Shown: positions 38,635 to 51,892, numbered from the stretch's first letter. The stretch is 64,000 nucleotides of DNA from Octopus sinensis (GCF_006345805.1 NC_043006.1:100998001-101062000), one strand, 5' to 3'. The notes: generated from the sequence alone by a model not told the origin. Numbers and translations: made by a program.

Positions 38635-41600
38635 AACTTTCTTTTATTAGCCACACAGGGCTGAATACAGAGGGGACAAATACAAATGCAGAGCTTTTCT
38701 TTTCGAGGGTGGAAAAAAATAAAAAATGTAAGATTGCGATCAAAAGGGATCGAGAGGAGGAAAAAAAAAAAAGGAAAAAAAGGAAAATCGTGTATCACAG
38801 AAATAATGGTGTAAACATTGATATAACAAGATTGGGTTCATCCGTGGGAAGAAAAGCCTACAGAAAAGACCACGGGAACCTCAGTCAGGGAGGAAATAAA
38901 CACATGAGGTCAAAAATGCTCTCTTTCTTTCTTTTTTACGATCTACAGGATCATGCTCAAAATGGTTTCGTTACTAGCACACACCATCTTTGCAACATTC
39001 ACCCATCTTTTTTTGAATCTTTCGCGAGACAAAACTTCCCTCTCCATTCTCACCTTCCTTTTCAAGTGGTACTTGAAAAAGTTGATGAGCGATTGGCCAG
39101 AGAGGTAAGTGTTTGTCTCTAATCCTTTCGCTCGAGTCCACCACACACATTCTTTCACCATGGCCACCAGTACGATGAAAACTGCCTTGCCTTCCCGGTT
39201 GAGGGAAGGGGGCGGAGCAATTCTGACGATAGACTCGGCCGATAGGCGGATTCGTCCCACACGTGACAGCAGCCGTTCGGCATAAGCCCACAGGTTGGAA
39301 ATGGTTGGACATTGCACGAGTGCGTGCAGAACGGTTTCGTCGCTCTGACCGCATCTCGGGCAAGTCAGTCCAGTGTGTCTGGAACCGTGTCTGTAGAGCT
39401 TATCCCGAACAGGTAATGCTTCTCGATAGCACTGCCAGGCCAGGGATCTTTGGTGATTGTTCATAGGTCCCGGCCCGAAAGTTGTCCTGAACAGGCGGGT
39501 CAGGTGTTCCTCGTCGACGCCCAGACTCTGCCCGAGTTCATCGTCGCACCTCCCCTCCACTAATCCTCTATAGAATGCCTTTGTTGTGATGGAGTCGCAC
39601 AAGTTCGATCCCGGACGGCAGAGTTGCTTGAGAGCAACGCGACACTCGTGGTGCCATTCGCCTAGCCTCGGTCTCTGCTTGATCCATGACTGTAGTTCGT
39701 CCAAGGAGACGAGCTGCGGGAAAGCGCACCGCACAAAAGCAACCACCCCTGTTCACCGTTGTCTATGAAGCGCCGGAGATGTCGCAGTCTCAGCGCATGT
39801 CTGCGCATCATCACCACGGCATGCCCAGCCCTCCATTTAGCGGGTGTTGGCAGCAAATGGATCGCCTAACCATCGGAACGTTTCCCTTCCACAAGAAGCG
39901 GAAGAGTATGCGTTCCAGTTGGTGATGGTAGGGTCGGGACAAGGCACGACGGTCAGACGATACTCGATGACGGATGCAATGTACGCGTTCGCCACCTCCG
40001 CCCGACCTTTTAGGGATAGCTTTCTCTCAGTCCATTTCTGGGTGAGAGTAGCCACCCTAGTCGTTATCTCGCCCCAGTTCTTCTCCATTTGGAGGTCCGG
40101 ACCGAACCAGACCCCGAGCAATTTAACCGTCCGTCCGTCCAGCGTCCCACGATGGAGACGCTGTTGGACGGCATGGGCTTGCTTCTCCAGGTGCCGAGCC
40201 ACAAGCCCACTGACTTTTCCCGGTTAATTTTTGCTCCCGTTACCGCTTCGTATTCTTTCAGTGTCTCGCGACCAGCTCGATGTGCTCGTAGCTCGACACT
40301 ATGACGGTGACGTCATCCGCGTATGCAGACACGCTCCTCCCGCATCCCAGCTCTCGTGGGATGCCCCTCAGCGTCGCCAGTTTCCGCAGTAGTGGCTCAA
40401 GAGTCAGTACATACAGCAGCGATGAGAGGGGGCATCCCTGACGAACCGAATGCATGATGTTAAAAGGTCTGGATAGATGACCATTTACGCGAACTACCAT
40501 CGCCCCTGTTCATCTATAAGAGACTTGATGGTGGCTCTGTTGCCTCGTTACGTCTCCACCACTCGGGCCTCTTGGGCGGCTCCAACTCCTTCGTTCCTCA
40601 GAGCACGCATCCTAGCTCTGACAACGCATCCCTCGTGTTTGGCGTTGAGGTGTTGGTCGAGGGCCAATCTCGCCGCCAGTACGTTGGACGCAATGCCAGT
40701 TCTAAGTGCCTCTTTTAAAACCTTAACTAATTCTCCCTCTATTCTATTTCGGTCTAATGCTAGGGCTCTACTGTATCTGACTGATTCTGCTTTAATCGCT
40801 TTTTTTAGGGCATACCACCATCTGTTGTTGATGATGGTACCCGTCAAAGCTCTCTTAACTAATGTGCTGATCCGGTCCCTGTAAACCTGTCGTGCTGTAA
40901 AAGACGCGTTCAGTTCCAGTAACCAGGACCCTGCCTATGTGTCTTATCTAAGTCAAGTGTACAAGTCACAAACTTGTGATCTGTGTAACTGACTATATGA
41001 AATTGTGGACAACCTACACTATTTTTATCTATTGTCCTACAGAATACTCTATCTAAGTATGATCTGGACGACCCGATGCGGTTACTCCATGTCCACATTG
41101 GCACATTCGGGTGGTCCAGTCGGTACCTGTCAGACAGTTGGAAACGTCTGAGCAGGTCTTTGAGGCATTTGCATCCCCTTCTATTGCTATCTCTGCCCAC
41201 GTAGTCTAGATGCGTGTCCAGGGTGGCATTCCAATCCCCCACTAAAAGTAAAGGACGAGACGTTCCCATGAAAGACTCTAGACGTCGAAAGAAATCTGGT
41301 CGGCCTGTTAAGGACGGAGCATAAACTGCTATCAGTCGAAAAGCACACTCATTGCTGCCATCGATATCCAAAACGACCAGCCTACCCTCCGGGTCTAGGA
41401 AATTTGCTCTTACTTTGAGATCCAGACTCTTCCGGATAAGCACCGCGGTGCCACCTCCGCCCATTCTCGGTAGACACGGAGAAAAATAAATGTTGAAATG
41501 TGTACCGAAAATGTGCTGGAGTGCCCGCAAGCTGTGGAGTCTGGTCTCACTGATGGCTATGATATTCAGATTTAGTGACTTGATGTCATTTAACAGGTAG

Positions 41601-42427
41601 CCTTGTTTCCAAGGCGACCCCAAGCCACGTACATTTATACTACCTATTCTGAGCATGTTCCGATAAAAGTGCAAAAAAGGAAAAGGAGAGAGAAAAGGTT
41701 ACTTGTTTTTCGAAAGTTCTTTGTCTTTCACCTCACGGTCTTCTTCTATGAGGCTTTTATACAGTTTTTTCGATGAGTACTTTTGAAATCTCCCTACTGC
41801 ATCAGGGTAAAGAGATTTCAGGGTGCTGTATGTGTTCTGTGTCACGTGTATTATTTTAATGTGTTGTGGTGGTGTTGTGTGTGGGTGGTTACTTGTTTTT
41901 ATGTCGTTTTCAGTAATGTTAGTGTTTGACCTAATGTGTTCCATTAGATCGTGGTTGTTTGTGTTTATGGCTGTCAACATTTTTGGGGGGTTTGATGATG
42001 GTGTGTTTGTGTTGATGTGTGTGTTTTCTGTGGATGTTTTTGTTTCGGGAGTGGTGTATCTTCCCGCTTTGTTTGTATTTTTTCTTTTCTTTTTTTCCCC
42101 TTTTTCTTCTCCCCCCTGTGGCTATTTGCCAATCTTCCGTGTCTTCTTCGTCTAATGACAGATCAGACGAATCGGAGTCTGGAAGAGGGAAAGTATTGGG
42201 GTCTATTGTCGACTGTGTTGGTTTTGTTGTTGGTGTTGGTTGGTGAGCGTTTGGTTGTGGTGTATGCGGTTTTGGATGTGGGGTTTGGGTATTTTGTGTT
42301 TGAGTGATTGTGGGTATTGTTGTGTTGTTTAGGGTCTCAATTTTGTGGGGATTTGGAGTTGTAATTGTTTCTTCATTTTTGCTGGGTGTCTTTTTGGCAG
42401 ATGTCCTTGGTTTGGGAGTTGGTATAT
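38635..42427 (-). mobile_element. Tx1/L1-clade LINE, 5'-truncated in ORF1 and internally deleted, inserted in (GATA)n
   Basis: APE endonuclease (SINVRGL, ISETRL, VGDWNATLD, YLDRVF, TDHKFV), RT (SVRQGCPLSSLLYVL, AYADDVTV), zf-RVT-type C terminus (CPRCGQSDETVLHALVQC). CpG-rich. (AGAT)n on both flanks. Confidence 0.93.
38943..41674 (-). pseudogene. LINE ORF2 (APE-RT-zinc finger), frameshifted and missing the N-terminal part of RT
   Basis: ORF pieces 40910-41674, 40548-40847, 40258-40500, 39837-40202 and 38943-39746. About 2.7 kb versus roughly 3.8 kb typical. The sequence jumps from the post-APE linker directly to the region before QGCPLS. Confidence 0.88.
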
Positions 42428-42495
<68 letters not shown>

Positions 42496-43084
42496 CTGAA
42501 TTCTTTTTGATATCTCATTTGTAAGAAGCCATTAGTTCCTGACACAGTAGGGATTTGAGCTAACCCAGCTAACTTGCTGTTGATTACATACAGACAAATT
42601 TACCATCCCTACCTGGGCACTAAGAGAGCAAGAGCTGGAATAAATATCCTTTCTGCTATGGGCACAAGACCTGAAATTTTGGGTGAGAATCTAGTTGATT
42701 TCGTCAGCATCCGTAGTTGACTGGCATTTAATTTATTGACCCCAAAAAAGGATGAAAGGCAAAGCCAGCCTCAATGTAATTTGAACTCAGACAAAATGTT
42801 TAGTAACAATTTGTCCAGTGTGCTAATGATTCTGCCAGCTCACTGCCTTAGAGCTGAAATAGATATCATAAAGAATTTTATCCAACACGCTAAAAATTCT
42901 GCGAAACCACCCCACATCATTCCTGGGATGATACTTCATTCTTATAACCATTAAACGATGGAAAGCAAAGTTAGCCCCAGTGGGATTTCAACTCAGAATG
43001 CAAAGAGCTGAGACAAATACCACAAGGCATTTTATGTTATGTTCTCCTGATTCAACCAATTTGTCACTTCGTTAACAATACCTA

Positions 43085-43310
43085 TTCTTTACTACCCACA
43101 AGGGGCTAAACACAGAGAGGACAAACAAGGACAGACAAACGGATTAAGTTGATTATATCGACCCCAGTGCGTAACTGGTACTTATTTAATCGACCCCGAA
43201 AGGATGAAAGGCAAAGTCGACCTCGGCGGAATTTGAACTCAGAACGTAGCAGCAGACAAAATACCGCTAAGCATTTCGCCCGGCAAACTAATGATTCTGC
43301 CAGCTCAGTG
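43085..43310 (-). mobile_element. SINE family B, full length
   Basis: Reverse complement of the 5137-5369 type. Confidence 0.9.
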
Positions 43311-43694
43311 CCTTCGTTAACAATACCATCATTAATACCACCAATACCATCAATAGATTGACAAAATCTTTAATGTGGTACATGTTATGGCTCATAATGT
43401 TCTGAGATCAAATCCCAATGGGGTCAAATTTGCATTTCATCTTTCTTGGATCAATAAAAATACCAGTCACATTCTAGGGTCAATGAAATGGGCTAATCCT
43501 CTTCCATCAAAAATTGTTGAACTTGTTCCGAAATAAGAAACAATTATCTATATGAGAGGTTCTCAGCCAGGGATCATATGACCTTTGGGGTCCATATAAG
43601 ATTTTGCTTTAAAATTTATTTGTAATAAATTGGTTGTACTCCTACAGTACAATACAAAAAAATATTTTAGCAATTTTTGTATACAATTTCCTAA

Positions 43695-44092
43695 GGCGTA
43701 GGAGTGGCTATGTGGTAAGTAGCTTGCTTATGAACCACATGGTTCCGGGTTCAGTCCCACTGCGTGGCACCTTGGGCAAGTATTTTCTGCTATAGCCTTG
43801 GGCTGACAAAAGCCTTGTTAGTGGATTTAGTAGACGGAAACTGAAAGTAGCCCGTCGTATATATGTATATATGTGTGTGTGTTTGTGTGTCTGTGTTTGT
43901 CCCCCTAAGATTGCTTGACAACTGATGCTGGTGTGTTTACGTCCCTGTAACTTAGTGGTTCGGCAAAAGAGATCGATAGAATAAGTACTAGGCTTACAAA
44001 GAATAAGTCCTGGTGTCGATTTGCTCGACTAAAGGCGGTGCTCCAGTATGACCACAGTCACATGACTGAAACAAGTAAAAGAGTAAAAGAGT
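43695..44092 (+). mobile_element. SINE family A, full length
   Basis: GGCGTAGGAGTGGCTATGTGG head, AAAAGAGT tail. Confidence 0.9.
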
Positions 44093-44782
44093 TATATTTG
44101 ATTCTGAATTCAAATTCCACCAAGGATGACTTTGTCTTTCGTCCTTTTGGAGGTCAATGAAATAACTACCAGTTAAATGTTGGAGTTGATTTAACCCTTT
44201 GTGAGCCGGCAGGGTTGGAATTACACAAAAGCCATTAAGGACCCTTTTTATTTTTGAGGATTTCAGCACTATCCATAAAGTAATATTTGTTTAATCTTCT
44301 ACATATGTGTGAATCCATGGTACAGAACAAGAAATTTAGCACTTTTTCTGTACAGTTTTATAAACTATACATATAACACTAAATATAAAATGAAACAAAA
44401 ATAATAAAAGAAAAATGTATACCGATTCATAGCAGTACAGTTATGAAGTACAATTTCGTTCATCAGAATATCTGAAAAAGAACAGAAAACAATAATTTCA
44501 CACCAGACCAATGGGGTCCAGTTGGCCCCCTATGACCATATTTTATGCTATAACATCCACATGACTGGAAATTCTTAACTCAAAATTTGTATGTGCATCC
44601 ATAAACTATTGACAATAAAAGTCATGAGATATAAAATCATTTAAATAAAAAAATGTAAAAGTTGCATAACTTTTAAAATTTGTTACGATCTCAAGGGACT
44701 TCACCAGCCTATGAAGCGTTAATCAACTGGAAACTGCTGGCCTTGTGCCAAAATTTAAAATCAGTATTTAATAATGAATGGT

Positions 44783-45030
44783 GGCGCATGGCTTAGTGGT
44801 TAGGGTGTCAGCACCATGATCGTAAGATTGTGGTTTCGATTCCTGGACCGGGCGACGCATTGTGCTCTTGAGCAAAACACTTCATTTCACATTGCTCCAG
44901 TCCACTCAGCGGGCAAAAACGAGTAACGCTGCAATGGACTGGTGTCCTGTCCAGCTGAGGAACACTTATGCCATTGAAACTGGGAAACCAGGACCACGAG
45001 ACTGGCTAGACTTTAAAAGGGTGCATTTAT
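44783..45030 (+). mobile_element. SINE family C variant
   Basis: GGCGCATGGCTTAGTGGTTAGGG, GGTTTCGATTCC, CTTGAGCAAAACACTTCATTTCAC. An inverse copy lies at 46530-46782. Confidence 0.8.
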
Positions 45031-45674
45031 TTTTTATTATTATCTAATAATGAAACTATAGTAGGCTTTTTAAACATGGAATAGTTATAAGGGTTCACCT
45101 GAATAAAATAGGAAACAAAGGAATTCACAGGTAAAAAAAATGGTCAAGAACCACTGGTCAGTATCATCATTTTCATCAACATCACCATCATCATCAGCAG
45201 CAACAACAGCAGTAATTTCAAATATCTTCCCATTCACCTCATGTTCACACTCTTCGCTCCCATAGGGACCTTGTCCCTTCTGTATGAGTATATGTGTGTG
45301 TGTATGTGTGTCTGTTTGCATATGTGTGATGGGTCTAGGATTTTCCTGTCCGTATTTATTCATCATAACAGTGGGAATGTCATCGTTTGGTAGATTTAGT
45401 TTGAATATGCATGCGCTGGGTTCAGAGTTTTCCTTTGTGACTTCCCGAACACTTAGCAGCAACATTTGTCTTCCTTTCATAAATATGGTTTGAATATGTA
45501 ATTTGAACAGACACACACACACACACACACACACTCAAACACACACACACGCATGCACACACGTTTAATGATGACGTTGATGATAGTGATGATTGTAGTT
45601 ATCGGCAATATAAAAGTATGTTTTGGTGCAGTTTTCTTTCCTTCAAATATCTTATAGAACAGCACAAGTCTCTT

Positions 45675-45740
<66 letters not shown>

Positions 45741-46529
45741 TTACAGCCATTTGTCCATATGTAAATCCTCATCATCTCATCATCATTTGTTGTTCGTGCT
45801 GAAATGGCTTGGACAGTTTGACCAGGGCTGGCAAACTAAGAGGCTGCACCAGACCCCAGTCTCATTTGGCATGGTTTCTATGGTTAGATGCCTTTCCTAA
45901 CCCAACCATTCCAAGAGTATAATGGGTGCTTTTATGTGCCAGTGACAGGGGTACCAGTTGTGTACCACCAGTATCTGCCACGACTACAATTTCACTTGGC
46001 TTCATGGGTTTTCTTCTCTAGCGCAGCATATTGTCAAAGGTCTCAGTCATTTGTCTTTGCCTCCAAACAACTTTCAGAGCGTTGGGTTCAAATACTGCAG
46101 AAGTTAACTTTACCAGTCATTTTCTCAGAGTCAATAAAATATTTGACTCCAGTCCCCGGTAGGGAATGAGCAGAACTGTAAGAATGTCAAACCAGATGCT
46201 TTGCATTATATATTTCTTTTCACCTGTTTACACTCTGAGTTCAAATCCTACCATGGCTTAGTTGAATTGTAGACTTAATCCATAACCCAGTTTAACATCA
46301 TTATCTAGCAGCTTAGGTATAGGCTTGGGAACAGGGGTTGCAGAGGGTGAAAGTGAACCCACTAAAATTTGGATGGGGACGTAGTGGTGGTCAATGAAAA
46401 TGTTCTGAACATCCTTCTGAGAGACTTCATCACCAAAACAAACAAGTGTAGAAACAATGATTTGACTGATTTGAAATATTAGTCTTTTTTCCAATATTGA
46501 ATTTATCTGATTCGATCGATGTTTTTATT

Positions 46530-46782
46530 TATTTATGCACCCTTTTCAAGCCTAGCCAGGCTCATGGGCCCGGTTTCCCAGTTTCTATGGCATATGTGTT
46601 CCCCAGCTGGACAAGACGCCAGTCCATCACAGCATTACTCATTTTTGCCAGCTGAGTGGACTGGAGCAACGTGAAATGAAGTGTTTTGCTCAAGAACACA
46701 ACGCGTCGCCTGGTCCAGGAATCGAAACCACAATCTTACGATCATGATGCTGACACCTTAACCATTAAGCCACACACCTCTA
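46530..46782 (-). mobile_element. SINE family C variant
   Basis: Reverse complement of the 44783-45030 type. Confidence 0.8.
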
Positions 46783-47749
46783 CTATTTGATTGATGTACA
46801 AATATAATACTTCTGTATCTAAGGTGGTGAGCTGGCAGAATCGTTACTGCACCGGTAAATGCTTTGTGGTATTTCATCCATCTTTACGTTCTGAGTAGAA
46901 ATTCTACCAAGGTCAACTTTGCCTTCCATCCTTTTCGGTTTGATAAATTAAGTACCAGTTGAGCACTAGAGGTAATGTGATCGATTAAGCTCTCCCTAGA
47001 AATTGCTATCCTTGTGCTAAAATTTGTAACCATTATTACTCTTGTGTTTGTTTTGATACTAAGATAGAAAAAATAGGTCTTGTTTGTAGAAAACTTTGGA
47101 CCTGGGTTTGAAAACCCTAAGCAAATTTTATTCCCATACTTACAAACTTGGGTGGCCTTAACAAAGAAGCCTACTCTGTTGCAAGCAAGCATTCAAGCGA
47201 GGGCTTCAGTTTAAGGTTACCTTTCTCTCATCTTTCCACCAGTCTCAAAAACTCTGTAAAAGGTTATAGGAACTAGCCTTTGCTTTTGGCTAAAAAAAAA
47301 TATATAGAAAGTAAGAATCAAATAATCAATGCAGTGGATTTGTTGAATCAATAAGGTGTAAGCCCTTAAGTTCTAGGTTCAAATCCTGTCTATAATAATT
47401 GTACCTTTTATATTTTGAGATCAATAAACTGGAACCTGCTCTCCTCTCCGACAACCACAATCACTCTTATAGTAATCCCTTTGTCCCTAAGCATAAAGCT
47501 GACTCCTCTGTACACACACACACACACACCTATCCCAGGGTTTGTAGTTCTGTGAACTTCATAACAACCTCAATAATGCAGGTCACAAAAAAAATGCATC
47601 CAGTCTACTCTGTAAAGTGGAAGGCATTAGGAAGGGCATCCAGCTGTAGGAACCATGCCAGAGTAGACGTTAGAGCATGATGCTTTCTTAGGACAAATTG
47701 GTTCCTGTCAATCCATTCAACCCATTCCAGCATGGAACGTGGACATTAG

Positions 47750-48186
47750 AGATGATGATGATGACGAGGACGACAATGACAGTGATGATGATGATGAGGA
47801 GGAGGAGGAGGAGGATAACGATGATGATGACGATGACGAGGACGACAATGACAGTGATGATAATGATAATGATGATGATGATGAGGAGGAGGAGGAGGAT
47901 AACGATGATGATGACGATGACGATGATGATGATGACGATGATGATGATAACGATGCTGATGATGATGACAATGATGTATTGATGATGATGATGATGATGA
48001 TGATGATGACAATGATGACGATGATGACGATGATGACAATGACGATGATGACGATGACGATGACGATGACAATGACGATGATGACGATGATGATGACGAT
48101 GACGATGATGATGATGATGATGACAATGACGATGATGACGATGACGATGACGATGACGATGATGATGATGATGATGATGACAATGA
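47750..48186. repeat. Expanded (GAT/GAC/GAG)n array extending an RTE-type tail
   Basis: Follows a degenerate RTE tail (CATGGAACGTGGACATTAGAGATGATG); contains an internal higher-order duplication. Confidence 0.85.
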
Positions 48187-49468
48187 GGAATAAAATAAAG
48201 TACTGAGATAGGTATAAATTCAAACTGACAGAGGAAGAATTAGAATTCAGTTGTGTGGTCCCTCTGTCCTTTGATAATTACAGACTTTAGCTAGAAAGGA
48301 AATAAGAACTGCGCAAGAGCCATTCTGACCCTTTAACAACATACAAAACTTTTAAATTCACTTTAAATTTATTGTATAAATGTGGGGGGGTCAAAATGTT
48401 CATCACTCATCTGTAACCTAACCACTGAATCAGTTGTGCAACAAACATGTTGATCCTTCATAGCTTGTGAAATATATTTAAGGTGAATTTAACAGAGGAT
48501 GTGGGGTGTTATTTAAGGGCGAGATTGACTCTTTTATAATATAAATGCTTTAGTTTCGACAGATGATTTCTGATCAAGTCATCTACTAGAAAAGTACAAC
48601 TCTGAAATAAAGATTATTTCAGTTTAAAAGTAAAAAGAATATAAGGTTCTCAGAAAAAGAAAAAAAAATTAAAACTTGAGTAGATTTACCAATGTTCTGA
48701 TAAGACAAAAATAGATAAATACAATTACGATAAGTAAACAAAGGAATAAATAAATAAAAATTGACATTTTTTGTTCTCTCAAGGGGGAAGAAAATATATA
48801 TAAACTATCAGATTTAACCCCTTAATGTTATTTTCTCTCGGAATGAGAACAAATGGAAGATTAGAATACAAAAGGGTTTCAAAAATGAAAGAAAAACAAC
48901 AAAGTAATTTTGTAAAATAGATAAGGAGGTGTGAGACAGTTTTGTCTGTTTCCAACCAAACCACTACTACCACCACCACCCCAATGAAATATTGTGGACA
49001 TACGTCTACCTTAGAAATCATTAGTATCATAATTGGTAAGGCTGTAAGCTGATAGAATTGTTAGAACACTGGACATAATGCTCAGCAGCATTGTGACCCT
49101 TCTGTGTTCAAATTCTGTCACGGTCAACTTTGCCTTGATAAAATAAATACCAGTCAAGTATTGGGGTCGATGTAATTGACCACCCCTGCCCCCAAATATC
49201 AGACCTTGTGCTTCTTTCAGAGAGAATTATTATTGTAATTAGTATGGGTTTAACGAGCTGACAGAAATGGATGAGATCCATACTAAATGCATTAGAGGGT
49301 TTAGTTTTGCCAGTTGAGGTTTTGATTTTGAATATCTCTCCAGAACCAAGTTCACATTTTGTTCTTCCAGGGTTCAAATAACACTTGAACATTCTTGTGT
49401 GTGTGTGTGTGTGTGTATGTGTGTGTGGTGGCATGAATATGTTTGCAAGAGCATCTTATATATGTGTG

Positions 49469-49577
<109 letters not shown>

Positions 49578-49689
49578 ATATATATATATATATGTATACC
49601 TTCTCCTTCAAGTGGCTGCGACTGAGAACACTACCTACCTACCTATCTACCTACCTATCTATATCTACATATACACAAATTTATGGAAT

Positions 49690-50145
49690 GCTCCAGACTA
49701 CTTATGAATTAACTTGCATGAGCTGTGCATCTGATTTTCTTTGGAACAAAAGGTCAGGCAAGTAAGTCCACTGGGAAACTCATAATGACGCCCTTTTTTG
49801 ACAGCAAGAGCAGCTTATACATTCTCCAGGTTCTCTTTGACCAGACAGACAACAATGAGTATTGAATGGAGATTTGGGGGGAATTCAGGAAGTGATGATT
49901 TCATCGTAAAGGGCCAGAGCACCTGCACCAGGACACTGCATCAGCCCACAATTCCATCCAGGTAACCAACAACTACTTGACAGAGACAAGCACCAAAACT
50001 GTCTGTCACTCTCCCTACAGTGTGCACCTTGCTCATTATGACTTTTGGTTGTTTCCCAAATTGAAGGAGAAGCTGAAGGAGGCTTTGAAATTAATAAATG
50101 TCTGTCCTGGAAAAGTCTCAAAACTTCTGGAATGTACCTTGTACA
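49690..50145 (+). mobile_element. Mariner (DD34D-type) internally deleted remnant
   Basis: HQDTASAHNSIQVT...HSPYSVHLAHYDFWLFPKLKEKLK and a degenerate 3' TIR (AAAAGTCTCAAAACTTCTGGAATGTACCTTGTA). Confidence 0.7.
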
Positions 50146-50346
50146 TATTTGTATATGTAAGTGTTTTTGCATATGTACATATGAACAGGGGAGCAAACTT
50201 TTGCAGCTGATATTTGGGTATATCTTTATGTATAGGGTGTTGTGTACCAAGTGCCTGTAACATAAAAATTTGTGTATATGTAGATATAGATAGGTAGGTA
50301 GGTAGAGTTCTCAGTCGCAGCCACTTGAAGGAGAAGGTATACATAT

Positions 50347-51312
50347 ATGCATGTGTACGTACAGCCATGCTACATGGTAGTGAAACATGGGCCGTGACTG
50401 CTGAGGATATGCGTAAGCTCACAAGAAATGAAGCCAGTATGCTCCGATGGATGTGCAATGTCAGTGTTCATAATCAACAGAGTGTAAGTACCTTGAGGGA
50501 AAAGTTGAACCTAAGAAGCATCAGATGTGGTGTGCAAGAGAGACGGCTGCGCTGGTATGGTCATGTGACGAGAATGGCTGAAGATAGTTGTGTGCAAAAG
50601 TGCTACACCCTAGCAGTTGAGGGAACCTGTGGAAGAGGTAGACCCAGGAAAACCTGGGACGAGGTGGTGAAGCACGACCTTCGAACTTTAGGTCTCACCA
50701 AGGAAATGACTAGAGACCGAGACCTATGGAAGTATGCTGTGCGTGAGAAGACCCGGCAAGACTAGTGAGGCCATAACCCGTGGCCCCTACCTGGGACGTA
50801 GTCAGTCCACCTGTGCATACCTTCCTTCTTGTGACACTTGTGAAGACCTGTTGAGGCAAGTGAAAATCAAAATCAAACCAAATCAAAATAGATAAACATC
50901 AATGGAATTTGTATCTTTGTGGTACCAGTGCCGGTGGCACATAAGAAAGCCATCCGAACGTGGCCGTAGCCAGTACCGCATCGACTGGCCTCCATGCTGT
51001 GGGCACGTAACACACACCATCCGATCGTGGCCGTTCGCCAGCCTCGTCTGGCACCTGTGTCGGTGGCACATAAAAAACACCATCCGAGCGTGGCCGCTCG
51101 CCAGCCTCGTCTGGCACCTGTGTCGGTGGCACATAAAATCACCCACTACATTCTCGGAGTGGTTGGCGTTAGGAAGGGCATCCAGCTGTAGAAACACTGC
51201 CAGATCTGACTGGCCTGGTGCAGCCTTCGGGCTCCCCAGACCCCAGTTGAACCGTCCAACCCATGCTAGCATGGAAAGCGGACGTTAAACGATGATGATG
51301 ATGATGATGATG
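50347..51312 (+). mobile_element. RTE-clade LINE 3' end (ORF C terminus + 3' UTR + (GAT)n tail)
   Basis: AMLHGSETWAV...MLRWMCNV...RRLRWYGHVTRM...RGRPRKTWDEVVKHDL, stop at 50763-50765; 3' UTR with tandem subrepeats. Confidence 0.92.
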
Positions 51313-51382
<70 letters not shown>

Positions 51383-51511
51383 CCAAAATTGCTAGGATGA
51401 TCTGGTTCTTGACTGAAGATTAAAGGCTTCGAATGACCCATCCGTGTTTTTTGTATCGTCTATCTGGATGTTTTATGTTCTTGTCCCATTTGTATTTATA
51501 TATATATATAT

Positions 51512-51892
51512 ATAACTTATAAAATAAGGACAAAAGAAAAATTCTAATGCCAAATATGCCAAAAATAGACAAAATTGTCAATAACCATTATAATTTATGT
51601 GTCTCGAAACAAGCTGATAGAAATTTCTAAAAAATTGCGTTATTACCATATTGGTCCCAATTTCAGAGTTAATTCATAAGAATTTTCTCCTCCTCAGCGA
51701 TAAATACGTAAGACATAAATGAAATACTCATACTCATGGAATTTTTTAGAAATTTCGGAATTAACGAAATTTTTTAGAAATTTCTATCGGCTTGTTTTGA
51801 GCCACATAAATTATAATGGTTATTGACAATTTTGTCTATTTTTGGCATATTTGGCATTAGAATTTTTCTTTTGCCCTCATTTTATAAGTTAT
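51512..51892. repeat. ~130-bp inverted repeat with a ~110-bp spacer (fold-back or MITE-like)
   Basis: Arms about 51512-51645 and 51758-51892 with a few mismatches. Confidence 0.88.

Noticed and set aside
39263-40884. Plus-strand ORFs of 60-135 aa
   Set aside because: Antisense shadows of the GC-rich LINE ORF2.
44192-44720. TTAA-CCCTTT start suggesting a second piggyBac MITE
   Set aside because: No matching right TIR plus TTAA was found.
46113-46174. 62-bp minus-strand exon candidate (TTACAG|...CTG|GTAAAG)
   Set aside because: The acceptor overlaps a degenerate SINE B head and there is no supporting homology.
47698-48223. Acidic poly-Asp/Glu or poly-Ser ORFs
   Set aside because: Trinucleotide expansion of an RTE (GAT)n tail; all frames are low complexity. 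The same applies to 20568-21047.
51396-51435. CTGAAGA...TTCGAA hammerhead-like motif
   Set aside because: No GAAA, stem III or stem I pairing.
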